DNA from: Promethearchaeota archaeon
GTDB lineage: Archaea > Asgardarchaeota > Lokiarchaeia > Sigyniarchaeales > SOKP01
Direction: 5' to 3'
Assembly (NCBI GenBank): GCA_048941265.1
Contig: JBHLNT010000066.1
Coordinates: 1-21,822, forward strand
DNA: 21,822 nucleotides
Shown here: in pieces, positions 1 to 9,187 of the stretch
Numbering within the stretch: position 1 is the first letter of the stretch
Layout: each line of letters opens with the position of its first letter
Program-made: the position numbers and the translations under genes
Notes under the pieces: generated by a model
The model's database searches: none
What the model was told of the DNA's origin: nothing
What the model saw: only the letters and a program-made list of their open reading frames with translations

Positions 1-561
1 TGTTTCAAGGATTTTTACTACTTCATCCTTATCTTGTTGCTGTGCTACTTTCACTAGAGCATGGAATTCCGAACCTTTCAATATCATTTTCTTTCTAAAT
101 TCAGAAATCTCTTTTAATAGGTTCCTGATATGATTCATCTTCTTTATTGATTCCCTTAATCTTTCGGCCGTTATTTTTACCTTAAAATGTTCTTCTAATT
201 GGGTAATTAACTCTTTCATGTCATCAATAAAAAAATTTAGGGCATTCTTATCTCGCTTTCTTGGAGAATTAAGAAAGAACATAAATTCAAGATTCAAACA
301 CTCGAGCCATATATCAAATTCACGATTGGTTCGGTCACAGCCATGAGCACCAATTATTCCTATAATTTCCTTATCAAAACCTTTAATTGCCTGCTCGAGC
401 AGGTTTCGAGTCCAAATGCAATGTGTTGGGGGAATATGTTCATTAGCCTTATCAGGCTCAATAGTCGGATCACCAAATAATCTATAAGGGACAAAACCGG
501 CAGCAAGAATAATTTCTTCTGGGGTCTCGACCCCACTATCAAAAATACCAATCTTTTTCAT
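1..561 (-). CDS. 2-hydroxyacyl-CoA dehydratase subunit (HgdB/FldC/BzdN-like), 3' end outside the window
   Basis: Not in the ORF track. Manual translation from ATG at 561 gives MKKIGIFDSGVETPEEIILAAGFVPYRL...HC...HGCDRT...F...SPRK..., open to base 1. The PEEIIxAAG and 'CD' motifs are typical of this family. Confidence 0.8.
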   Translation of the reverse strand, partial: MKKIGIFDSGVETPEEIILAAGFVPYRLFGDPTIEPDKANEHIPPTHCIWTRNLLEQAIKGFDKEIIGIIGAHGCDRTNREFDIWLECLNLEFMFFLNSPRKRDKNALNFFIDDMKELITQLEEHFKVKITAERLRESIKKMNHIRNLLKEISEFRKKMILKGSEFHALVKVAQQQDKDEVVKILET

Positions 562-704
562 TTCTCATTACTTAATGAATTTGTTTTAAATAAGTGAAAG
601 CATTACAAAATTAAATCCTTTAGAATAAAAAAATATTTATATTTTTATTTCATTTTATACAATATTCTATTAGATTCTACTCATTAAATAAAAAGTTTTT
701 TTTG

Positions 705-1013
705 ATGTCCCAGCATACCATTTCAAGAACATTGAGTAAGGCAATTTTAAAGCCGGAAGTACGTATTAAATTAAAGATATGGAATACATATTTGACCGGA
801 AAACTAGTGAGATTCGATAATTATATGAATTTAATTGTCGAAGATGCTAAAGAAATTTATTTTGGTAGAGGCGGAAAGCGAAGCAAAGATTTAGGCACTG
901 TTATGATCCGCGGTGCGTCTATAATTTTCATTGGTCAGGACCGCGAAAAGATCATGTTTATGGAAGATATGGAAGATAAATTAATGCATCGAGATGAATT
1001 TGACGATATATAG
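705..1013 (+). CDS. Sm-like (Lsm/SmAP) RNA-binding protein
   Basis: Sm1 motif GKLVRFDNYMNLIVEDA and Sm2 motif GTVMIRG. Directly upstream of rpl37e, a conserved archaeal linkage. ATG at 705 preferred over TTG at 702. Confidence 0.92.
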   Translation: MSQHTISRTLSKAILKPEVRIKLKIWNTYLTGKLVRFDNYMNLIVEDAKEIYFGRGGKRSKDLGTVMIRGASIIFIGQDREKIMFMEDMEDKLMHRDEFDDI

Positions 1014-1032
1014 AGAAAGAGATTGATGAATA

Positions 1033-1233
1033 ATGGGAAAAGGAACTCCAAGCAAAGGGAAAAAAAATAAGGCAAGCAGCCATAAAACATGTAGGAGATG
1101 TGGGAAACATTCCTTCCATCGTCGAAAAAGATTTTGCGCAAGTTGTGGTTTCGGGAGGACCGCCAAACTTCGTCAACCAAGTTGGAGAAATAGATATAGA
1201 CCATTTAATGGGAATAAGGGTTTTTATCGATAG
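1033..1233 (+). CDS. rpl37e: 50S ribosomal protein L37e
   Basis: MGKGTPSKGK start and a CRRCG...FH...CASCGFG zinc finger. Confidence 0.97.
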   Translation: MGKGTPSKGKKNKASSHKTCRRCGKHSFHRRKRFCASCGFGRTAKLRQPSWRNRYRPFNGNKGFYR

Positions 1234-1393
1234 AAGTTCTTACTAACCTTTTTAATTCAGTTTAATTACATTCTAAATTAAACATTAAATCTATTTTGAT
1301 TTTAAAGAGAAGTATCGTATATTTTTTTACATCTGATTGATTATTATTCTTTAACCAAATTTAACTTGCAAATAAAGTAAATTAAATCTATCA

Positions 1394-1771
1394 ATGGATT
1401 CTTTAAAAATTGAGCGCTTAAATAAAGAATTAAAAGAATTAGAGACGAGAAGTGGGATCACTGGTTCAGCTATTGTCAATCGTAATGGTCTCCTAATTAC
1501 ATCCAGATTACCAAGGGATGTTGATAAGAGAAAGATTGGAGCAATAGCAGCAACCATTTTTGGTGCTATAGAAACTGCCTCAACAGCATTAAAACATAAT
1601 GATAAAGTTTACAGCCTGAGTATTGAGTTGGATGAGTATCAATTGATAGTTTTTAACGCAAGCGATGATATTATTTTCGCGTCATTGATAGATTTAAATG
1701 TTAATTTAGGCTTAATTCTTATTGAGCTAGAAGAAACACTTAAAAAAATAAGAAATATAGTGAAAAGATGA
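1394..1771 (+). CDS. Roadblock/LC7 domain protein
   Basis: GITGSAIVNRNGLLITSRLP...IGAIAATI...LGLIL pattern; 125 aa. Confidence 0.9.
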   Translation: MDSLKIERLNKELKELETRSGITGSAIVNRNGLLITSRLPRDVDKRKIGAIAATIFGAIETASTALKHNDKVYSLSIELDEYQLIVFNASDDIIFASLIDLNVNLGLILIELEETLKKIRNIVKR

Positions 1772-1775
1772 TATT

Positions 1776-2513
1776 ATGTTAACTGAGGAACAAAAAGAAA
1801 GATATTCGAGACAAATTATCTCTCCTTTAATTGGAGAAAAGGGTCAACAAAAGTTATCTAACATTAGTGTTCTACAAATAGGAGCTGGAGGGCTCGGATC
1901 ACCCTGTTCGCTATATCTTACAGCCTCCGGCATAAAAGAACTTACAATTATCGATAACGATATAGTTTCTCTCTCAAATCTCCAAAGACAAATACTTTAT
2001 AATGAGACTCATATAGGCAAACATAAGGTTGAGGTGGCCAAACAAGCTTTATCCTTATTAAATTCCGAGGTTAAAATAAAAACCTACAAAGATTATATTA
2101 ATGAAACATCAATCGAGAAATACTTAAAAAATCAGGATTTTATTATTGATTGCAGTGATAATATGAAAACTAAGTTTTTAGTCAATAAAATCGCTATTAA
2201 AAATAAAATGAAAGCAGTAATAGCGGGTATTAAAGATTTTTACGGACAAATTATTACAGTTGATCCGCAAAAAAGTGCCTGTTACCAGTGTATTTTTCCG
2301 GAACCTGAATCTGATGAACCAAATCCAGAGGGACCTCTACCCGTTATAGGAGTTACGCCTGGCATATTAGGAACATTAGAAGCTTTAGAAGTAATAAAAA
2401 CTGCTTTAGGTCTTCCGAATTTGGAGAATCATCTCTTAATGATTAATTTAATCGATTTATCATTTAGCAAAATAGAAGTTGTTAAAAACGAGAGCTGTAT
2501 CTGTTCTCGTTAA
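1776..2513 (+). CDS. HesA/MoeB/ThiF family (E1-like) adenylyltransferase
   Basis: RYSRQ, GAGGLG, DxDxVxLSNLQRQ, DCSDN and CYQC motifs. 4 bp after the Roadblock gene. Confidence 0.93.
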   Translation: MLTEEQKERYSRQIISPLIGEKGQQKLSNISVLQIGAGGLGSPCSLYLTASGIKELTIIDNDIVSLSNLQRQILYNETHIGKHKVEVAKQALSLLNSEVKIKTYKDYINETSIEKYLKNQDFIIDCSDNMKTKFLVNKIAIKNKMKAVIAGIKDFYGQIITVDPQKSACYQCIFPEPESDEPNPEGPLPVIGVTPGILGTLEALEVIKTALGLPNLENHLLMINLIDLSFSKIEVVKNESCICSR

Positions 2514-2533
2514 AAAAAAGATTAAAAAAATAT

Positions 2534-3085
2534 TTAAAATTTTATATAGTCTGGATGTTTTTCAAAAAATTCCTTAAAGTATTGACCATTTTTAGCATAT
2601 TCTGCTGTTCCCTGGCCACGACTCATCCTCCCTTGGCGTGGTAATTGTTTTTTTATTTCTGCTGGAATACCTACCACCATGCTATATGGAGGTATTTCTT
2701 TGTTAACTAATACAGCTCCAGCAGCAAGCAGAGAGCCTTCTCCCAATTTCGAATTATGTAAAATATTGGCACCAATACCAATTAAACAATCATTTCCAAT
2801 TTCGCAAGGTCCGTGGATAGTTGCAGAATGGCCTATTATGCAATCAGAACCAATTATTACACTTTCTTTAACTGTAACATGAATAACCACGTTTTCCTGA
2901 ACGGAAGTGTTCTTTCCGATGGAAATTGTACCCCAATCGCCTCTAGCTACTACTCCGAACCATATATTAGCTCCTTCCTCAACGATTACATCTCCAATAA
3001 TAACCGCCGTTGGAGCAACGAATGCGGCTTCATGGATCTGCGGTTCTATGCCAGTTCGTGGACTAGGCATTATCATATTTTTCAA
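2534..3085 (-). CDS. Gamma carbonic anhydrase family (hexapeptide repeat, YrdA/PaaY-like) protein
   Basis: Hexapeptide repeats, RGD, QEN..IH and GHxAxIHG with three His ligands. The start could be ATG 3076 rather than TTG 3085. Confidence 0.92.
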   Translation of the reverse strand: MKNMIMPSPRTGIEPQIHEAAFVAPTAVIIGDVIVEEGANIWFGVVARGDWGTISIGKNTSVQENVVIHVTVKESVIIGSDCIIGHSATIHGPCEIGNDCLIGIGANILHNSKLGEGSLLAAGAVLVNKEIPPYSMVVGIPAEIKKQLPRQGRMSRGQGTAEYAKNGQYFKEFFEKHPDYIKF

Positions 3086-3197
3086 CCTCTTTCAATTAAA
3101 TTTTACTTAATTTAATTTATATATTTCTTTAAAATTCTATTACTATTAGAAGTTTAGCTTAAATATAAGTAAAATATAATAAAAAATTGAAATTAAG

Positions 3198-3743
3198 TTA
3201 ATTTAAAACCTCTGGATGCTGTTCAAAAAATTTTTTAAACACTTCTCCATTCTCAACATATTCTTCTGAAGTTTTTGCACCTTCTAATACACCAGTATCA
3301 GGTAATTGTTTCTTAATTTCTGCAGGAATACCGACAGCCAAGGTTCTCGGTGGAATTTCTTTATTTAATAAAACTCCTCCTGCAGCTAGAACCGAGCCAT
3401 CTCCCATTTTAGACTCATGTAATACATTAGATCCAATTCCTACAAGGCAACCATTTCCTATAGTACACGGTCCATGTATCATAGCGTGATGACCTATTAT
3501 GCAATTCTCCCCGATGATTACCATAGTTCCCTCTTCAGTGTGAATTGTTACATTTTCTTGAATACTCGTATTTTTTCCTATTTTTAACCACCCTTTATCT
3601 CCCCTTAAGATGACTCCAAACCATATATTTGCACCTTCTTCGATTATTACATTACCGATTATAACAGCGTTTGGAGCAATAAAAGCCGATTTGTGGATTT
3701 GAGGTTTTATACCAGTTCTAGGATTAGGCATAATTAGAGGCAA
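3198..3743 (-). CDS. Gamma carbonic anhydrase family protein (tandem paralogue)
   Basis: LRGD, QENVTIH and GHHAMIHG motifs; collinear with the neighbouring copy. Confidence 0.92.
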   Translation of the reverse strand: MPLIMPNPRTGIKPQIHKSAFIAPNAVIIGNVIIEEGANIWFGVILRGDKGWLKIGKNTSIQENVTIHTEEGTMVIIGENCIIGHHAMIHGPCTIGNGCLVGIGSNVLHESKMGDGSVLAAGGVLLNKEIPPRTLAVGIPAEIKKQLPDTGVLEGAKTSEEYVENGEVFKKFFEQHPEVLN

Positions 3744-3861
3744 ATTTATTCACACCACTTTTTCTAATTTTTTTAAATTAAATAGCTATTTACAAAAATT
3801 CTTTTAATATTATAAAAATTATTTTATTAGACGATTTAGCAAATAGATCAGTGGTTATAAA

Positions 3862-5079
3862 TTGACAAATATTGAATACAATAATAAATTAGTTCAAAAA
3901 TATTCTAATCTTACACGAACCATTAATGAAGAATATATAAACATCCATCCTATTCAGAGAGGGGGTATATTGACCCCTGAAGCATATAAGGCTTTATTAG
4001 CCTATGGAGATGGATATAGTTTGTGTGATAATTGCTTAAAAGGGAGAATTGATAAAATTGAAAATCCTCCCGTGATTGAATTTTTAAAAGATATAGCCAA
4101 ATTTTTAAAAATTGATAATGTAATGTTGACAGGTGCCGCAAGAGATTCCAAAAGAATAATTATGGGAGTATTAGCTAAGAAATTTCCCAAGAGAAAAACC
4201 GTAATAATTGATAGTTTAGCACATTATACTACATATTTAGCTATAGAGTATAATAACTTAAATGTGAGGGAGGTCCCAAACTCAGGAGAATCCGAGTTTA
4301 AAATAGAAGCTAGTGACTATGAAACAGTAATTAATCAAGTTATAGATAGGGAGGGAGAGCTACCATTATTAGTATTGTTAACTCATGTTGATTACAAATA
4401 TGGAAATTATAATGATCCTAAACCAATCGGGGAAATTTGTCGCAAGTATAAAATCCCTTTTCTTTTAAATGGGGCATATTCTGCTGGCACGCTTCCAATA
4501 GATTGCAAAGATTATAAAGTTGATTTCATTGCCTGCAGTGGACACAAATCGATGGCTGCATCTGGACCAATAGGACTTTTAGGATTTAAAGAGGAATTCC
4601 ATGATGATGTTATGACTTTATCACAAATTCAAGGTAATATCTCATCTAAATCTTTTCCAAGTAAAATCTGTAATGTTATGGGATGTCCACCAGTCTATGG
4701 AGCTCCATTAATTACTCTTATGGCAAGCTTTCCTACTGTAGTCAGACGTACTCAAAAAGAATATATCGATGAGGAAGCAAAAAAAATAAACTATGTTATT
4801 GATAATATTAAGAATATAAAAGGTGTGCAGATAAACGGTAAATTGCCAAAAATTCACCCTTTAACAAATATAACAACGGAAGGTTTTGCAGAGGTTGCTA
4901 AGACCCATCCCAGAAGAGGCTTTTTTGTGAGAGATGAGTTTAAAGAAAAAGGAATAATAGGTATGCTTCCAGGTATATCTAAGGATATGAAATTCAGTAC
5001 ATATGGTTTAACGTGGGACCAAGTAAAATACTTTACAGAATCATTTCTAGAAATTGCTAAAAAATACAATCTAGTTTAA
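3862..5079 (+). CDS. pscS: O-phospho-L-seryl-tRNA:Cys-tRNA synthase (SepCysS)
   Basis: PIQRGG, GDGYSLCDNC, AHYTT, HVDYKYGN, the PLP lysine motif SGHKSMAASGPIG, a third Cys in MGC, and KFSTYGL. Confidence 0.93.
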   Translation: MTNIEYNNKLVQKYSNLTRTINEEYINIHPIQRGGILTPEAYKALLAYGDGYSLCDNCLKGRIDKIENPPVIEFLKDIAKFLKIDNVMLTGAARDSKRIIMGVLAKKFPKRKTVIIDSLAHYTTYLAIEYNNLNVREVPNSGESEFKIEASDYETVINQVIDREGELPLLVLLTHVDYKYGNYNDPKPIGEICRKYKIPFLLNGAYSAGTLPIDCKDYKVDFIACSGHKSMAASGPIGLLGFKEEFHDDVMTLSQIQGNISSKSFPSKICNVMGCPPVYGAPLITLMASFPTVVRRTQKEYIDEEAKKINYVIDNIKNIKGVQINGKLPKIHPLTNITTEGFAEVAKTHPRRGFFVRDEFKEKGIIGMLPGISKDMKFSTYGLTWDQVKYFTESFLEIAKKYNLV

Positions 5080-5127
5080 TTATTTTATAATAAATCCAAA
5101 AGAAAAGAGAAAGAAATAAAAATATTT

Positions 5128-6408
5128 TTATATTTTTTCAAAGATATGTATGCATAGAGCTGCTTCTCCAGAACCAATATTACCACCTCCATTTTCGGCA
5201 AGAGCTATCTCTGGATTTTCAACTTGTCTTTTCCCTGCCTCTCCTCGTAATTGTGTTACTAATTCATAAATTTGTGCGAGGCCTGAAGCTCCAATAGGAT
5301 GTCCACGTGCTAGTAAACCTCCACTGGGATTAATAGGGATCTTTCCATCAAGTTCGGTTGCTCCACTTTCTACAAAAGGGCCACCTTCCCCAACTGGGCA
5401 AAAGCCTATTTGTTCCATGATATGAAGCTCTCCAAATGCGGTTGCATCATGAACTTCTGCTACATTAATATCTTCTGGTTTAAGACCCGACATTTCAAAA
5501 GCAGCAGTGGAAGCCCGTTTACATATGTTATCTCTTTTCCATGAGCCAGATTTTAAAATAGAAGCACGTACTAAAGCAGCTCTATTTCTTAGAGTTTGAT
5601 TTGCATTTAAAAATTGTTCTGAGCAAAGAATAGCTGCCGCTGACCCATCTCCAATTGGAGCACACATTGCTCTTGTTAATGGAAACGCTACCACATAATC
5701 ATTCATAACTTGTTCTACAGTTTGAGGGAATGTATATTGAGCCAAAGGATTCATTGTTGAATTATTATGGTTTTTTGCGGCAATAATGGCTATTTGTCGT
5801 TGTGTAGTACCATATTTTCTCATATGATTACGAGATGCCATTGCATAAAAATCCATAAACATGGAATGTTCTTTCTTTCCACTTTTTTGTTCTTCACCCT
5901 TTTCTTTAGCCGCTTTTATGTTCCCCTCTTCAATTTGTTTTTTCAATTGTGCAATTAATTTTCTTGTTCTCTCTACATCCGTTCCGGATATAAAACCAGC
6001 CATACTACCCCCTCCACCGCTGCTTTTTTTACCGCTCTTAGATGGTCTCTGATAATACATTTTTTCGGTACCTATTGCTAAAGTACAATCATATAATCCA
6101 GCTTTAATGGCTGTCCACGCTCCATGAAATGCTGTACTCCCACTGGCACAAGCATTCTCTACATTCGTAATAGGGATCTTGTCAACACCATTGGCGCTAA
6201 GTGCCACTTGTCCTCGAATGCAATGTTGCATTTCAGACATCCCCCACCCAGAATTGCTGAACCATGCAGCTTCAATATCTTTTTTTTTTAAATCAACATC
6301 CTTTAGTGCCAGGTCAAGGGATTCGCCTGTCATACTTTTCATAGTTTTATCAAAGTTTTTACCAAATTTGATCATGCCAACTCCAATTATGTAAACTTTA
6401 TCACTCAT
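5128..6408 (-). CDS. Thiolase family protein (SCP2/archaeal acetyl-CoA acetyltransferase type)
   Basis: NACASG active-site Cys, EVHDA, GHPIGASG and ENGGG motifs. ATG at 6408 preferred over TTG at 6417. Confidence 0.93.
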   Translation of the reverse strand: MSDKVYIIGVGMIKFGKNFDKTMKSMTGESLDLALKDVDLKKKDIEAAWFSNSGWGMSEMQHCIRGQVALSANGVDKIPITNVENACASGSTAFHGAWTAIKAGLYDCTLAIGTEKMYYQRPSKSGKKSSGGGGSMAGFISGTDVERTRKLIAQLKKQIEEGNIKAAKEKGEEQKSGKKEHSMFMDFYAMASRNHMRKYGTTQRQIAIIAAKNHNNSTMNPLAQYTFPQTVEQVMNDYVVAFPLTRAMCAPIGDGSAAAILCSEQFLNANQTLRNRAALVRASILKSGSWKRDNICKRASTAAFEMSGLKPEDINVAEVHDATAFGELHIMEQIGFCPVGEGGPFVESGATELDGKIPINPSGGLLARGHPIGASGLAQIYELVTQLRGEAGKRQVENPEIALAENGGGNIGSGEAALCIHIFEKI

Positions 6409-6584
6409 AATATTCAATTATAATTTATATTCTATTTAATTCATTTAAGTGAATTAAAATATCTAAATATTTAGAACTTTAAATAAAACGAAATTAATAC
6501 AATTTGTCTTTATAAGAAAAGAGAATTATTTTTAAACTAATCTTATTTTGATAATATGAAAACATATGAATTTAGAATAAAATT

Positions 6585-7529
6585 ATGACCGTAAAACAAT
6601 TACAAAACGAAATTCTTAATTTAAAAAGAAAAGCCGATGTAACAATTTTAGCTCATTATTATCAACCAATTGAAATTCAAGAAATCGCAGACTTTTTAGG
6701 GGATTCGCTCGGTTTATCCCATAATGCTAGGGACAAAGCAAATACAGAATATATAATATTTGCAGGGGTTGATTTTATGGCTGAAACAGCCTCAATCATA
6801 AACCAAGATAAACATGTACTACTTCCTAGTTATGAATCATGCTGTCCTATGGCCGCATTTTTAACTCCCCAACAAGTGAGAGAATTTAAAAAAAAATATC
6901 CTTACCTACCTGCTGTTGTTTATGTTAATTCTACTGCTACCGTTAAAGCAGAATGTGATATTTGCTGCACCTCATCAAATGCAGTCAAAATTGTTAAAGC
7001 AATGAAAGAAGCGTATGATGTGGATGCTGTGTTATTTGGACCTGATGCTAATTTGGGAGACTACGCCGAGCAAATGTCTAATATAAAAACAATTAAAATG
7101 CCTGAAAATGGTCATTGTTATGTCCATTCCCAAATAACTGTGGAAGATATAAAAATTGTGAAAAAAGCGCATCCAAAGGCTAAACTCCTTGTTCATCCGG
7201 AATGTATCAGAAATGTTAGAGAATTAGCAGATTTTGTAGGTTCCACAGCTCAAATGTATAAAAATGTCAAAGAAAGCCCTCCAGAGATTCAGAATTTTAT
7301 TATAGGAACTGAACAGGGGCTTGTAGAAAGGATGGTCCAAGATTTTCCTAATAAGAAGTTTTATTTGGCAAAGGAAAAACTGATTTGTTATAATATGAAA
7401 AAGCACAATCTAGAGTTAATTAAATATTTATTAGAAAATCTAGATGATAAAAAGCATGAAGTTAAAGTACCTCCTGATATTGCCAAAAAAGCCCTTAAAC
7501 CTATTGAAAAGATGTTAAATTATTCCTAA
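6585..7529 (+). CDS. nadA: Quinolinate synthase
   Basis: ILAHYYQ, GDSLGL, FMAETA, CPMA, YVNS, TSSNA, CYVH, HPEC, GST, GTE and CYNMK motifs, including the three Fe-S Cys. Confidence 0.97.
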   Translation: MTVKQLQNEILNLKRKADVTILAHYYQPIEIQEIADFLGDSLGLSHNARDKANTEYIIFAGVDFMAETASIINQDKHVLLPSYESCCPMAAFLTPQQVREFKKKYPYLPAVVYVNSTATVKAECDICCTSSNAVKIVKAMKEAYDVDAVLFGPDANLGDYAEQMSNIKTIKMPENGHCYVHSQITVEDIKIVKKAHPKAKLLVHPECIRNVRELADFVGSTAQMYKNVKESPPEIQNFIIGTEQGLVERMVQDFPNKKFYLAKEKLICYNMKKHNLELIKYLLENLDDKKHEVKVPPDIAKKALKPIEKMLNYS

Positions 7530-7539
7530 AAGTAATTTT

Positions 7540-8664
7540 TTATTTAGTATGTTCACTTTCTAAAACAGTAACTATATTAAAGCTTTCTTGAATTTTAGTT
7601 CCTTGCAATATATTTTGTTTAAGTCTTTTGCCTTCTACTGATTTCGGCAATTTTTTGGATTGAGAGACTATTTCTAAGAGTTTCTTCCTATCAGTCTCTA
7701 AAAATCCCATATCAATCGCATTTTTTATGATAAGGTTCAAAATTAATAATTCAAATTGTTTTTGAATGGCGTCCCAAATTAAACCCATTTCCTTTAATTG
7801 AAGTGAAATTTCCTTGGCCATCTTATCTAAATTATATAATTCTGTGTAATATCCAGACTCTAGATGGATTATTTCATCAATTAAACGGTCTTTTATCATG
7901 CGTAAAGTTGTTGTTCCTAATAAATCTTCTTCATGAAAAAAAAAGTCGTCATTCTCTCGCTTAATTAGGAAAAAACCAAGCTCATTGGTAATTAACTTAA
8001 GTCTAGCTAAATAGTTTATCGCTTCTGGGGCAACATTATATAGTTCACAAAACTGATCTAAATTTAATTTGTAACCAGAAAATTTTTGAAATTCATTAGT
8101 TCCATCCTCTTCATCAATACGCCAATATTTTCTTGCAAATGCACCTTGACCTAAGATTGAGTTATAAAATACGTAAAAAAGAGAAAGATAAAGATCTCGG
8201 TCCTGCTGGATTTCGAAGAAATTATCTCCTATCTTGGAAACAATCTTAACAATATGAAAGATAAATGAATCAACAACACCAATTTCTTTATAAAAAGTAA
8301 TTAAATTTTCAAGCTTTTGAACATTCTTTTTCAGCTCATTTATCATAAATAATTCTTCTTTTAATTTTAAAGGTTCTTCACCTAATTTTTCAATACCATT
8401 TTCAGTAATAACATATCCTTGATATTGTTTGTTAGTTAATTTATCCGTTATGAGTCTCTGTTCGATATTATTACTTTCTCTATGTAAATCTAAATATTTT
8501 GAAACAGTAGATCTACTTAAATTTGAATATTTCACTAAACTAGTAAACCTTTGTGGTCCTAAATTTCTTAATATAAATAATAATCTTCTGCTATTGTCAT
8601 CGATGGCACGTGCTTTAGTTAACAGTTCATTCTTTAACTTTTTAGATATATTCCAACTTTTCAT
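7540..8664 (-). CDS. Winged helix-turn-helix (ArsR/MarR-like N-terminus) transcriptional regulator with a large uncharacterised C-terminal region
   Basis: GPQRFTSLVKYSNLSRSTVSKYL HTH and a wing ending YVITENG. Confidence 0.78.
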   Translation of the reverse strand: MKSWNISKKLKNELLTKARAIDDNSRRLLFILRNLGPQRFTSLVKYSNLSRSTVSKYLDLHRESNNIEQRLITDKLTNKQYQGYVITENGIEKLGEEPLKLKEELFMINELKKNVQKLENLITFYKEIGVVDSFIFHIVKIVSKIGDNFFEIQQDRDLYLSLFYVFYNSILGQGAFARKYWRIDEEDGTNEFQKFSGYKLNLDQFCELYNVAPEAINYLARLKLITNELGFFLIKRENDDFFFHEEDLLGTTTLRMIKDRLIDEIIHLESGYYTELYNLDKMAKEISLQLKEMGLIWDAIQKQFELLILNLIIKNAIDMGFLETDRKKLLEIVSQSKKLPKSVEGKRLKQNILQGTKIQESFNIVTVLESEHTK

Positions 8665-8695
8665 AATTAAAATGTAATAAACAAAATATTTAAAC

Positions 8696-8764
8696 TTGGA
8701 CTAAATATCTTAATTTGGACTAAATTTTTTTAAGAACACTTAATGTATAAATTTAGTACAAATT
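8696..8764. promoter_or_regulatory. Operator-like repeats in the divergent promoter region
   Basis: TTGGACTAAAT at 8696-8706 and 8715-8725. An inverted copy at 8749-8764 matches 8712-8727 at 15 of 16 positions. Confidence 0.6.
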
Positions 8765-8844
8765 TAATAAATAAATGATTTTATCCCTTAGATTATTACT
8801 ATGAAATCAATTAAATAATAATAAAAACTAAGATCCATAGAAAA

Positions 8845-9033
8845 ATGTCAATAGAAAACCCTAATTTATTGGAAAGAATTAAAAAAATTGAAGAAAGATT
8901 AGATGAGATCGAGAATCGACTTAGATCATTAGAAACTTTTTTAAATCGTCGTCCATTAAGACCTGGCCCTCCTATGCCTCCAGAACCTACACCTCCAGGA
9001 CCTCCGAGACCTCCCGATCCATTTAGATTCTGA
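8845..9033 (+). CDS. Small coiled-coil protein with a polyproline tail
   Basis: Clean heptads (RIKKIE-ERLDEIE-NRLRSLE) followed by a GC-rich Pro-codon run that stands out in AT-rich DNA, which supports real coding. Confidence 0.75.
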   Translation: MSIENPNLLERIKKIEERLDEIENRLRSLETFLNRRPLRPGPPMPPEPTPPGPPRPPDPFRF

Positions 9034-9187
9034 AATTTTAATCATGTCAAGATTGTATGGAAGAATTTAGATTTTAGAAGGGAATTAAACTAAAGTATAT
9101 TCTCTTAGACAAAAATACTTAATTATGCATTCACCCTATTTCAAACTAACAATAATTTTTATAAAAAACTAAAAACATATATAGGAA

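Noticed and set aside
360-551. 63-aa ORF from the track
   Set aside because: It is an alternative frame inside the dehydratase gene (561 to <1).
9031-9093. Possible selenocysteine readthrough of TGA stops (microprotein at 9031; also Roadblock at 1769)
   Set aside because: There is no redox-motif context, only short extensions follow, and I saw no SECIS-like hairpin.
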